Part shown: one piece after another, positions 1-13,230 of the stretch
Numbering within the stretch: position 1 is the first letter of the stretch
Layout of the letters: the number at the start of each line of letters is the position of its first letter
DNA from: Balanoglossus misakiensis
Lineage: Eukaryota > Animalia > Hemichordata
DNA: 64,000 bases
Assembly (NCBI GenBank): GCA_040954595.2
Contig: CM082580.2
Coordinates: 13,938,242-14,002,241 of the forward strand
Reading direction: 5' to 3'
Position numbers and translations under genes: made by a program
The notes under the pieces: model-generated
Database searches by the model: none
Told to the model about the DNA's origin: nothing
Seen by the model: only the letters and a program-made list of their open reading frames with translations

Positions 1-134
1 CCCATCAAAATCTGTTATGGGCTAGACTTTCTCGACTTTCCAAGTTTTCTATGCTACCCATCCCAGCCCTGTTCGGCAGTATTGTACTATTACTAAAGAA
101 TTTCATTGACACAAGCATGGCCTTAAAATGTTAG

Positions 135-1704
135 CTTTCTAGGACCAATGCTGTATGGTGGCGTTCAAGTGTCCCCTCCCAACGAACACCGCGTCGTCAC
201 AAACCCCTGGCGTCCATGGTGGGAAAGGTACCAGCCGGTTAGTTATCAGCTTGTCAGCAGAAGTGGAGATAGAGCCGCTTTTATTGATATGGTTAACAGA
301 TGTATCGCTAAGGATGTCGTCATTTATACTGATATTGTTATCAATCACATGTGTGGAGAGGGCGGTGAGTGGTCTCCATATTTGACACGCAAGTGTTGTT
401 ATCAAATGTCATATTGTGCGTGGGAGACTTACGCCAAATTTGTTGTCTGCTTTAATCTTTAATTTAAAATTCAACACGAACGATGCTAATAAAGGTAAGA
501 ACACCAAGATTTCTTGCAGTGTGAAGTTTCAAAATTTGCTATTTGTAGTTTTTGCCCCTTTACAGTTAGTGGATATGGCTCCAACAACAACTGGTACGAC
601 ACATCGTACAGTAAGCGTGAATTTCCCGCCGTTCCGTACTCAGAATGGGACTTCAATGATGATATCTGTGACCATAATATAAACGACTACCAAAACGAAT
701 GGGAGGTCCGTAACTGCAAGCTGGTCGGTCTCGTTGACTTGAAATTGTCCAAGAGCTACGTCCAAGACAAAGTTGTTGAATATCTGAATGACATGATAAG
801 CTTGGGTGTGGCTGGGTTCCGAGTGGATGCTTGTAAGCACATGTATCCGTCTGATTTGGAAGTCATCTTCGGCCGACTGAGTAACCTGGTTACCCCTACC
901 TTCCCAGCAGGCAGCAGGGCGTTTATGTTTCAGGAAGTCATCGACCAGGGAGGAGAACCGATAACAGCCGAGGAATACACCCACCTTGGACGTGTGACTG
1001 AGTTCATGTACGGACTTGAACTGAGCAACTGCTTCAAGGGGAATAATCAACTGAAATGGCTGAGCAACTGGGGAGAAGGATGGGGTTTGCTGCCACGGGG
1101 CAGTGCTCTTGGATTCATCGATAACCATGACAACCAACGCAGTCACGGTGGTGGCGGTGATGTTCTTACTCACAAAGAGCCTCGCGAATATAAGATGGCA
1201 GTAGCGTTCATGTTGGCGCACGATTATGGTGTACTTCGGGTGATGAGCAGCTACGAATTTACAGACCCTGACGCGGGACCACCATCTAACCCCGATGGAT
1301 CAACCAAAGACGTAGTCTGTTTCCAAGGAGAATGGGTTTGTGAACACGCCTGGCGACAAATAACAGCCATGGTCTGGTTCCGAAGAGCTGCTGTTGGTAC
1401 CGGAGTTGACAATTGGTGGGACAACAACAGCAATCAAATCGCTTTCTCTCGTGGAAACAAAGCCTTCATTGCTATCAACGGAGATGCTTATACATTAAAC
1501 AGTTCGATCTACACCGGGTTACCAGCTGGCAGTTACTGTAATCTAATCGTAGCCGTGTACGACTCAAATACGAAATCATGCACGAATGCAGAAAACAACG
1601 GCACCCCACACATTGTTACCGTCCAAAGCAATGGGTATGCTTCGCTCAACATTCCCAATAACGGTGACCCAGTAGTTGCTATTCACGTTGAAGCCACAGT
1701 TTGA
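135..1704 (+). CDS. Amy: Alpha-amylase (GH13, animal type), last two coding exons: 135-364 and 566-1704; 5' exons lie outside the window
   Basis: Spliced translation [17 protein letters not shown]...[10 protein letters not shown]...DIVINHMCG|VSGY...; catalytic motifs [16 protein letters not shown] and FIDNHDNQR; chloride-site Arg in LRVMSSY; [10 protein letters not shown]; C-terminal [10 protein letters not shown]. Acceptors at 133-134 and 564-565, donor gtgagt at 365. Confidence 0.97.
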
Positions 1705-1734
1705 ACTCAAATATGCCAAAATGTAATTGTTTGC

Positions 1735-1755
1735 AATAAATCTCTCTCCAATAAA
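1735..1755 (+). terminator. Tandem AATAAA polyadenylation signals of the amylase gene
   Basis: AATAAA at 1735-1740 and 1750-1755, 30-50 nt after the TGA at 1702-1704, followed by a GT-rich tract near 1785-1805. Confidence 0.7.
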
Positions 1756-2025
1756 AGCGGCATTTGCTTCATCATAAATCGACTTGTCAGTTGTCTCGTT
1801 TTGTCAAAAACGTGACTGTGTTGCTTCTAGGTTGGTTCCCATCTTTTGACGATTCCTGAGAAGGGTTGTCATGACATTTATGTCGGTTAAGAATGAGGTT
1901 TTCTCTGTGACGAATTAGAAGAAAGAATTGCGATACAAATTGATCATTCGTTCATTGTCAATGAAGACATGAATGAAGTAACTATCATTTGGGATTTTGT
2001 AGTTTATGTTCATACATTTTTTCAG

Positions 2026-2330
2026 CGCTAGGTGGCGCTCTGCAACCCTTTGTATTTGAGGCGGTCATCCCCGTGTCACACGCACAATGGCAGCGACTGC
2101 ACAAGCACTGTAACTGGTCCTGAAATGAAATGTACCATTGCAGAACGGGGTATTTCGGCGAACCACTCTACACCAAGCCAATTTCCTGCTGCGGTTGGCA
2201 CCAGGTTCAATTCAAACGGGACTCAAATGACGTATTCTTCAGTTCTACCAGTGCGTGGTCGACTCAGGATGGGACACAAGAACCAGCAGCACAGTCGCTA
2301 GACGGGAATGCTCAGTAAGTAATTTCAGAG
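2026..2330 (+). pseudogene. Degenerate, frameshifted EGF-like exon relic
   Basis: Acceptor ttttttcag ends at 2025. One frame gives SSPCHTHNGSDCTSTVTGPEMKC; after a shift at ~2134 another frame gives HCRTGYFGEP. Together they fit the EGF pattern SPCxNGxC...CxCxxGYxG, but the last Cys is missing. Donor-like gtaagt and gtacgt follow. Confidence 0.4.
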
Positions 2331-2577
2331 GTACGTAGTCTGGTGTCTGTTATTTGCATTGAACATAACATTCACCATGATTTGAAATGCGGACCAACCC
2401 TTCTCTGTCCGTTAGCTGCAATAATTGTAGCCATTTAATTTAAGGAGGGGGATGGAGGATTGGGTATGAGCATGACAGCTAATTTTTCATCCACTGTTAC
2501 AGCAAAACATCCTTGACATGGTTCAAAATCCTCCATCCCCCCCCCCCCCCAGAAAAATCAAAATGGTTCTCTTCTTA

Positions 2578-3220
2578 AAAGTCTCTCTCATGCTGCCCTT
2601 TCCCATTAAGTATGTTTGATACTAGACACCATTGATGTTAAGTACATGTGAATACATGTATATAGTGAATCAACGTTCAACCACAAACAACTTCCATCCT
2701 GCATATAGATGTGAGAGTAAAAATCTCGCCAAAATGAATAAATGGTAAACACTGATTATTCATTTTTGGCTACTTTAGAGTATTCATTTCTTGCCGAAAA
2801 TAATTTTTCATTTACTCATTAAATTCAGGGGGAGGGGGGGGGGGGGGGTCTTTTCAAAATTGTCTTAAAATTAAGACTTTCAAAATGGCCGCCAAATTTG
2901 AGGTTCAAAATGGCCGCCTATATCTGTGCTTAGTCTATGGCATTCAAAATGGCCGCCAAATTTAGTGACTTTGAAAATCTCTATGGTAAACATTATGTAG
3001 AAATTTTACTCATAGTTCAACCACACACACCTTCCATCCCACTTGTAGACGCGAGAGCAAAATGAATATTCGGTGTTTACCATTTATTCATTTTGGCGAG
3101 ATTTTTACTCTCATATCCTACAAACGTGATGATTCACTATAAATCCACATGTGCATTAGCATAGACAGTGTAGTGAATCAAACATAATAAATGGGAAAAG
3201 AAGAGTGAGAGAGAGACTTT
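2578..3220. mobile_element. Non-autonomous foldback/MITE-like element with ~190-bp imperfect terminal inverted repeats
   Basis: 2578-~2765 (aaagtctctctc...gagagtaaaaatctcgccaaaatgaataaatggtaaacac) is the imperfect reverse complement of ~3060-3220. The centre has three caaaatggccgcc copies (2881-2960). TTAA lies close to both ends. Confidence 0.75.
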
Positions 3221-3244
3221 GTCCCTTTAAGGCCTGGGCCGGTC

Positions 3245-3323
3245 TAGTCTTTGTTTAATACCCAGACTCCTCTGCTCCGCTGATGCGCTATAGAAAGCAA
3301 AGGAGTCTGGGTAACAGAGACTA
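3245..3323. mobile_element. 79-bp hairpin mini-MITE with a 9-bp target-site duplication
   Basis: tagtct...tacccagactcct / aggagtctgggta...agacta form inverted arms. A perfect direct repeat gggccggtc flanks both sides (3236-3244 and 3324-3332). Confidence 0.75.
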
Positions 3324-4752
3324 GGGCCGGTCGTGTGTTTTGAACATCAGTTAGCGGCTTGTGCAATGTGCGGCTTGCGTAATGGTGGCCCCTTGGCCCC
3401 TAGGGTTGCAATCCTTTGTGTAAGATTTGCAGTGCATGCAAAATGAGACAGCACACTCAGAATCCAGCTCTGGTAATACAGGGCACCCTCTTGTGTTCAT
3501 GAACACAAAAATGGTTTTAATGAACATACAGAACTATTGTTCAATTTTGCAACACTTGGCTTGCCATAATGATTATTATGTAAATTAAAATAATGAGTTG
3601 AAAGCTCGGCAAACTATACACTTTCAGTTGTTTACCTTCAAGAGATTTCCTTGTAACTGGGTTACTATTCTCTTCAATGTACAGTAGCCAGATAAATGTG
3701 ACACGTACATGATGGGTAAACTGGACTAAATATGACTATGTAAATTTCTGTCACTGTCAGTGAAACTAATTGATATGTGTTGTTTTATTACAATGCTAAT
3801 TTAAAAAGTATGGTAATAAAATGACAATGGATGATGATAAATTAATATCGCTTAATACCATAATGGTATTTGTCTAAGCTAAAGACTAGTTATGGATAAA
3901 ATTTAATTTAATTTTTGTTTCGGTTAATTACTTGTACATATCTCCTGGTTGATTTTGTTTCTAGTCATAAGCTTACAAAACTTGATGCCAGCAATTAAAA
4001 TATTAAGGGTAGAAATAAGTTTCTTTTCAGAATGAATTTCCAAATTCAGTCCTTTGGTGTGGAGGCCTATCTCTCAGAATACTTTGTCAGATATCATTAT
4101 GTGTTTAGCGTATGGAGCGTAGAAGAAAATTATATAATTAGCTACATTTAAAAATACATCCATTTTGTTTCAAACAAGACATTTAAGTGGCTGTTGGCAT
4201 TACATTGAATTTGTAGATTTCAAACATTGTGCCCAAGTTTAGCATAAATGCATTCAAAATAAAACAAAACACTGTGGCCATATCCATAAATCTTATGCTG
4301 TTTTGGGGTTGATTATGTTATGTTGATTTCAGTGTCAGGTGTCAAAGGTCAAAGTGGGGTCACAGGGTCACTGTGTTATGCAGATTAAAAAGTTCCGGCT
4401 CTGACTGCGTGTCATGCTGCACATCATAGTTTGAAGTTGAACTTTGCTGAAATGAAAGTAGACAAAAGGAAAAATTCTTCTGTTGGAGGATGTCTCCATA
4501 CATAGATGTAGCTGTCATTCAAAGGACAAGAAGAATCCAAATTGTCTGGTGACCAAAGAAAGTGACGTCAGATGGTGCCTATTGCTGACAGTAGTTTGGA
4601 GTGAAAAAAGTGGATTTTAATTAATTTCTTCCTATGCGTGACTCTGTAAATGTAACTTCATCAAATTCACCAGCAATTTCTTTTCAAAAGCAACTTCCTC
4701 TCCAGTGAATTCGAAAAGATTGAATGTGTTCACATTCTCTATGATATCATCG

Positions 4753-7046
<2,294 letters not shown>

Positions 7047-7257
7047 CTTCTAGAAATAATCTACAAAAGCAAAAGAGTTGGCATGATAAAATCTCGTAGG
7101 CAGATGATGAGTTCTATTTGAAATACGTCGGGGAAGTGTGTGCATGTTTGTTTGAAGAAGTCATTTCATTGGAGGAAATGAGGTCATGTTCATAACAATC
7201 GTTCATGCAGAAAAATAATGGTCATTATTGTTGACAGAGTGGTAAATGTTGATTTCA

Positions 7258-7440
7258 TTTTTAGCTCCACTGTCAGCGATGGAGAGATTTATTTATCAGA
7301 TATGTTGATTGTCCATCGGCGTCCGGTGTCCTGTGTCTGACACCACTTTTCTGATTACTTTGAAATTTGGTTTGCAGGTTCCTTGGGGTGACCAAGAGAA
7401 GTTTGTTCAAATTGTGGTGAAATGTGCCTATTTTATGCCT
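7258..7440 (+). mobile_element. Possible fragment of a HINE/Helentron-associated-type interspersed repeat
   Basis: Starts ttttagctcc in a T-run, followed by degenerate gtcc/gtct repeats and ttgaaatttgg...gtgacc. This style is typical of such elements in marine invertebrates; family not verified. Confidence 0.3.
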
Positions 7441-10400
7441 AGTTGTTAGTTGGTTGCAGCAATTAACCAAGTCTCGCGAGATCGCAGAAAATTCTCTATT
7501 TGCAAAACCCATGGAAAGTGTTAGTACTAGCAGGAGTCAAGTGCCGCGCCTGAAAGCAGATCACCCTCGTTACGCAGTATATATGCCGAATTCTCTGAAC
7601 CAGCGGAAAATTGCAGACTTAATGACCTTCTAACTCTTCAAAATTGAAGGCGTTATCGATACATCACTGAGCTATTGGGGTCTAAAAGGAACATCATATT
7701 CATGTCCTCTGATGTTTAATTCTGTGGAATGCATTTCGCAAGCATCGGTCCTTAAATGCGCGAGCTGTATAAGGTAATTGATAAACAGATGAAGGATGAA
7801 ATGAAATTTCAGTCACCAGTGCATGAATAAAGTCTTTAATAAAATGTGATGTCAATGATAGACTCAGACTCTATCTCTGTGCTTGCATACGGTACATACC
7901 TACATACACGTGAATTTGCAGAAAGAAACATGAAGCGTTTAACAACACACACTTTGCAAGTCAGGCACAATTAGTTTGCAAACATTTCTTTGATTTAGTC
8001 AAGATTTTCAACAGCCCCTCCGCAGGCCAGGATGTAAGAATCCATTCTGCCTCAAGGTTTTGTAAAAGTCGCTTCAGAGTTGATTATTTTGCCCACAAAA
8101 ATCAGATAATACCATTAATGTTATCTGTGTACATCAAAATCTGTTGGACCAAGGAAATCTTAGGGAAGCAGTATTGCTCGATACATTATATTGGGCTTTT
8201 TAAAGCAGAGTCTGAGAAAATGCCTCATGGCGAACGAGATATTCAACGTCGTTTACGCAAGCACAAATACTCAATTACCATATAAATGAACCACCTGGTA
8301 ATCATGACCACTGTGCTTCTGGTCATACCCGGTCTGCTCGCTTCCCTTTCCACATGGCCAGATTTAATGACATTTTCCAATCACTTATTACTTGTAACTC
8401 TACCTCACTCTTCAGAGCCAAATAATTATGGAAACTGGAGATTATTTTCTGTAAAAGCTGATCTTTCAAAAAAGATGTAATGGCTTATATGGCAATGCAT
8501 CTGTCACAAAATGCACATGTTGTTAAAATATTATATAAATTTTGTGAAACATAGTTGGAAAATAAAACCTAAACTGCAAATTTATGTTAAATTGAAGTCA
8601 TAGTATGATACTACTGACTGAGTCGAGTTGCATGAGACGCCAGATTTTTGTGTAGTGTATAATCAAGGACATGCTAACCATCTCAACCATGAGAACTAAT
8701 AATTGTTGGATAACTTAAGTATCTGTTTCTTTGTATTCAAACATTTTTGCTTGAATAGTGTTGCGTGGTTTGTGGTGGTAAAAACATGTATTTTCGTATT
8801 CAGCGTCCAGGAATATTGCAGTGTGTAACTGAACATCAGCATGACAGTGACTTTGCAAAGATTGATTGACCGTTTGCACCACCGACGGATATACTACATG
8901 TACCACTTAAGCAGCCTTGTTGATGGCCTTGCGTGTAATAAACATCACCGTTTGGAGTCTAAATGGCACCATAAACCGATGAAACTGTTGTACAATCTTG
9001 CATTTAGTCACTTAACCTCTTCTCTGAGAAGAGAGCTGTATAAAGTCTAGTGTGTGTTTATGTGAGTTACTTTTTAATTTTACATCAATTTCCTCAAAGG
9101 ATGTAATTCATTGTTGTGTGTTCATTACGATGTTAATACCATGCCCAATTAACATCCTTAATTAGCAAGGCCAAGTTTGAAGTCAACATTTCTTAGAATT
9201 ATAGCTTATTAGGACACAAGACAATAAATTAGTGATCCATGACAAATGCAGAAATGCATCATGAACACTCAACCGAAATGTTATCGATGCGTACCGCATA
9301 TACCCGCGAATAATCGGTATTTGTGTATCTTTTTGATACTGACACCTACCCTTATAACTGGTATAGTTACTTCTTCCATTAATATTGTAATGTAAGGAGA
9401 CACTTAACGTTTTAACAGGAAGGAAACACAATTGATGATCTACCGAGGTTATTTGCCAATGATAAAAGATTCAATAGCCTTGGAAGAACGGCCAATTAAG
9501 TCATAGAACGTTGAGAGAAAATTGAATTGCCTAAAAGTGTTAATTGACTGACATTTGATGGATGATTCCCGTTATTTGACAATTAAATTGCATTGGAAAT
9601 TAAATTCTGATTGGTGAGCTGAATAGTAGAATGTGCCATAGTTTCACGTCTGAACAAGACATGATTTACATCCACGAAGTGTGGGGGGGGGGGGGGGGTG
9701 GATTTGTCTGTCTGCAAAATGTTCAATGCTCTCTCCCAGTCCCTGCGCCGATCGCTTCAGGAATGCAGATAAAAAAGGTGAAAAATAGAGACATGTGAAA
9801 ACGAACATGTCATTGTAGCTTGATTACCTTCAAGCCCCAAGTATGTAATTAACGAAAGATTACTTGAGATCAACTTTGATGGAAAATGTAAATCTTTCAA
9901 TCGCCTTTTGGTGATCAGAGAAACTGTCATGTTGTTAGAATATATCGATTTGATTTCTTTCAATGGGTAGTACATATAGTCAGAAGGAATAAATTGACAG
10001 ATGTCAAAATACTGTACATATCAAATATTTGGTCGATTTCAGCCTGAGTCACAATAGATTAGACATCGAGTTGTTTAAGTTTACTGGATGTCAAGAAACA
10101 CAGAAATTGAAAATATATGAGTGCAATACACATCTATAATTGACTTGTATTTTACAAGAATCGAATTCAGACCGTACTGCACCATTAGTCAAGCCTATAT
10201 CGGTTGGGCCAGACTTCACTACACAGCCCTGTGATGGCTCTGTTCTCTGCCTTGGGGGCATTCCCTGCAGTATACTAGGGGCTGCTTTGTGAGAATCTTA
10301 TTGGCCACAGTAAATATACTGTCGTGGAAGATGATAATTTCTCCATTTGTTGTCTATTGCATGTACATGTCTGTAGTTGTGCAATAGCAGAAATAACCAA

Positions 10401-12802
10401 TCTGGTCTCAGATGTACTTTAAGAAAGTTGATCCATTCTGACTATAGTTGCCTCACTTGTATGTTCTTCTGACGACACTGCAATGGAGTTTGGTGATCAA
10501 CCATTTATGGCATTGACGGTTCTCTTGAAAATGTTTATATAAGTTAGCTGGGAACATGGGAAACCCGCGCTGTTTTCAAATTATTCTAGTGTCTTTGAAA
10601 TGGAAATCAAAACATGATACCAGCACAGGTTCAGAGCCACAGCTTAAACCTGTTTTTTATTTACACTTTTACAAGTTATTTACAAAAGAAGAGCGTATGT
10701 GAAATTTTAGCGGAGTGCCCACAAATTGTGTAATTTTAGTACAATTATATTGTGCGCTTCCATTCATAGCGAGTGGCTAATTGCTCCTAAAAATTCACCA
10801 TAAAATGAAGTTACAGGAAATTTACTGAAGGACTGTCTACAATAATCAGGTTATAGATAAAATACAGTCATGTATGTACAATAAGCTCTGAGCAAAACGC
10901 ATTTGGACAAGCCAGAAGCCTCGTCCAATACGTCACACAGAGAGCCTACGTTGAGACATGGATATGAATATTATTTAACTCTACAGAATATATTTTGAAA
11001 GAATGTGAACTAGGGACCTTTGGTTTCACTAGTTTTACTTAGCAACTTAATCTTGCAAGAAAGGTATTATTTTCTTGTTTTTTTGTACACTACAAGACAT
11101 ATTTGCAACATTGGAACAGGCCAGCAAATGCTTTCAGAGAGAAAAATCTTTTGCTGGCGGACATGCAATAACTTAGGATAAACTAAGATGTAGTGTGCTA
11201 TTTGTGTGATTCATCTAGTTTGCATTACCACATCTAGTTTGCAGCCCTCTTTTACTTGATGCAGAAACGCTCATCAAAACAGTGAGTATTTTACTGCAAT
11301 AGTACTAGAAAGAGATTGGCCCTCAGTTTCGAAACCATGCAAACTTCTCCTATTTGTATGAAATGTTAGAACGACACAACAGGAATCCATGTTTTGGTCA
11401 GCTGTATAATATACATTTTGTACTCCAAAGAGTTAGGTATGCAACAAAGTTTGAACTATGACAATACTTTGCCACCAATGATTGTATGGGTGAATCTGCT
11501 TGAGCGATGTCAATTATTCAGTTCATCCTCGGTTTCTAAATCTAAATTTTTGACGTTTTCTTGTTTCTTAGATCTCTTCTTTATTTTCATAGCGTGTTTT
11601 ATTTATGTCTTCTGAAACTGTATGTATTATCACGCTGACTAAGCTGATTCTTGTCGGTGCTTTTAAGAATTCCAGATTTCAGAGTCGTCATGGAATTTTA
11701 GCGACAAAGGGGGATGACTTCCCATTAGCATACTAGGAAAAACTGGAATCTGATTTTGGGCAAATTTGATTTCACACATGTGAAATCTGAGTACCAGAGG
11801 GATTGATATCAGTGTGTTAAGCATTTATTTCTAGTGCGGAACATGCATGATCTTACTATAAAATTCTTAAATTAATAATGCACTTCCTATGTCCCTCTCT
11901 AAATATTCCCCACTGGCTTTTCAACTTCAAAACTAGCATTCAATCGCTCGAATCAAATCAAATCTTTAAAAAACGGAAATTACAAATTGCTTTTCTTTAC
12001 CTTTATCGTCGGAGATGTTCTATACTGGAATGAATTATACCTAGTCGGGAATGAACACATGTATACTATTATGGAAGGGTGAGATAATGACCGAAAACAC
12101 TAACCATTTCAAATGAAAAATTAATTATTTAGTCGTTGAACGGTTAATCCACAGGGTATAATTTCTGAAAGCCTTATTATTACCAGGGGAAGAGCAACTG
12201 ATCTACGTTGAGATGTACCCATGCATTCCTGAAATTACGATCACGGAAAGTTTTCAGTCATGAAGATCTCGAGATTTAGTGGGAGAACCGAGGGACAATC
12301 TCTTGAATGGCTTTCAGATGCATATACAATGTACATGTATTGGATGCGGAAATTTTACTTGCAACGAGGTAAAATCTGAGCTATTAAATATTACCAATTG
12401 GCTGTTAGGAAAAGGTTTATAGCTGATAATGCAGTAATGTGATACTTGTATTTTACAGTAGATAACACTGTGGTTTACATTACACATGTATATGCCGTTG
12501 TTTGCTCACTGAGATAGACAACATAACTATATAAAGTACTGATCAAAAATTTCTGATCCTGTCTATTTGTTCGACATAGCAAGCATCATTCAGACAATCT
12601 GTTTGCTGTCATTCCGTAATTCATCTGTTCGGATAAAATAAACCTTACGGAAGAGTAGACTACAGTTATCAAATAGCTTTACATTGATTCGTAATGTCTG
12701 AATTTCAAAAACGGTATCCTTAAAAAATATAAATGTTAAGAGAAAATAATCATAGTAAAGGTTTCACAATGAAATAATGTTGAGTGTGATGCAAGGACTT
12801 AC

Positions 12803-13230
12803 CTGCGTGGCAAAGGAAAGCGAACGCGATCTGCCCAGGCACTATTTGTTGTATGGTGCGTCTAGAAAGAGAAACTTCAACTGTTTTGGGTTTCAGCCTC
12901 CAAGGTTGTCCGCCAAACTGTCGTCTTCAGAAGGACGCCGCTGATGTCACAGAAGCCAACTTTTTTTGTGTTGAAGAATGTGGACCCAAGACGACGCCAA
13001 TACTGATGTCTGCTGCAAATGTGTCTTTAGTTGTTACTTCCCACTCCCACGTCACACGTCTGAAGTCGACAAGAGTTTTCCAGTTGTCGCTGTTTTTATA
13101 CCGGGAAATTACGCATGAGAAATGCAGTTTTCTTCCACGTGGACACGAGGCGAATAATATATGCAAATCAGGAGCTACGAACCTTTTTCACCAAGTTCGA
13201 CGAGTTTATTCATTGTTCATAGCCAATGGA
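12803..13230 (-). promoter_or_regulatory. Predicted non-coding first exon (~13065-12803) and TATA promoter of gene A1
   Basis: Donor CGCAG|GTAAGT at 12803/12802, same context as A2; TATAAAAA at 13100-13093; octamer ATGCAAAT at 13161-13168; CCAAT near 13223. A matching acceptor lies 14 nt upstream of the A1 ATG (exon starts 7060). Confidence 0.6.

Noticed and set aside
9684-9698. Poly-G/poly-C tracts (also near 2537, 2828, 28577, 52287) as G-quadruplex elements
   Set aside because: Simple homopolymer runs common in such genomes, with no consistent position relative to genes.
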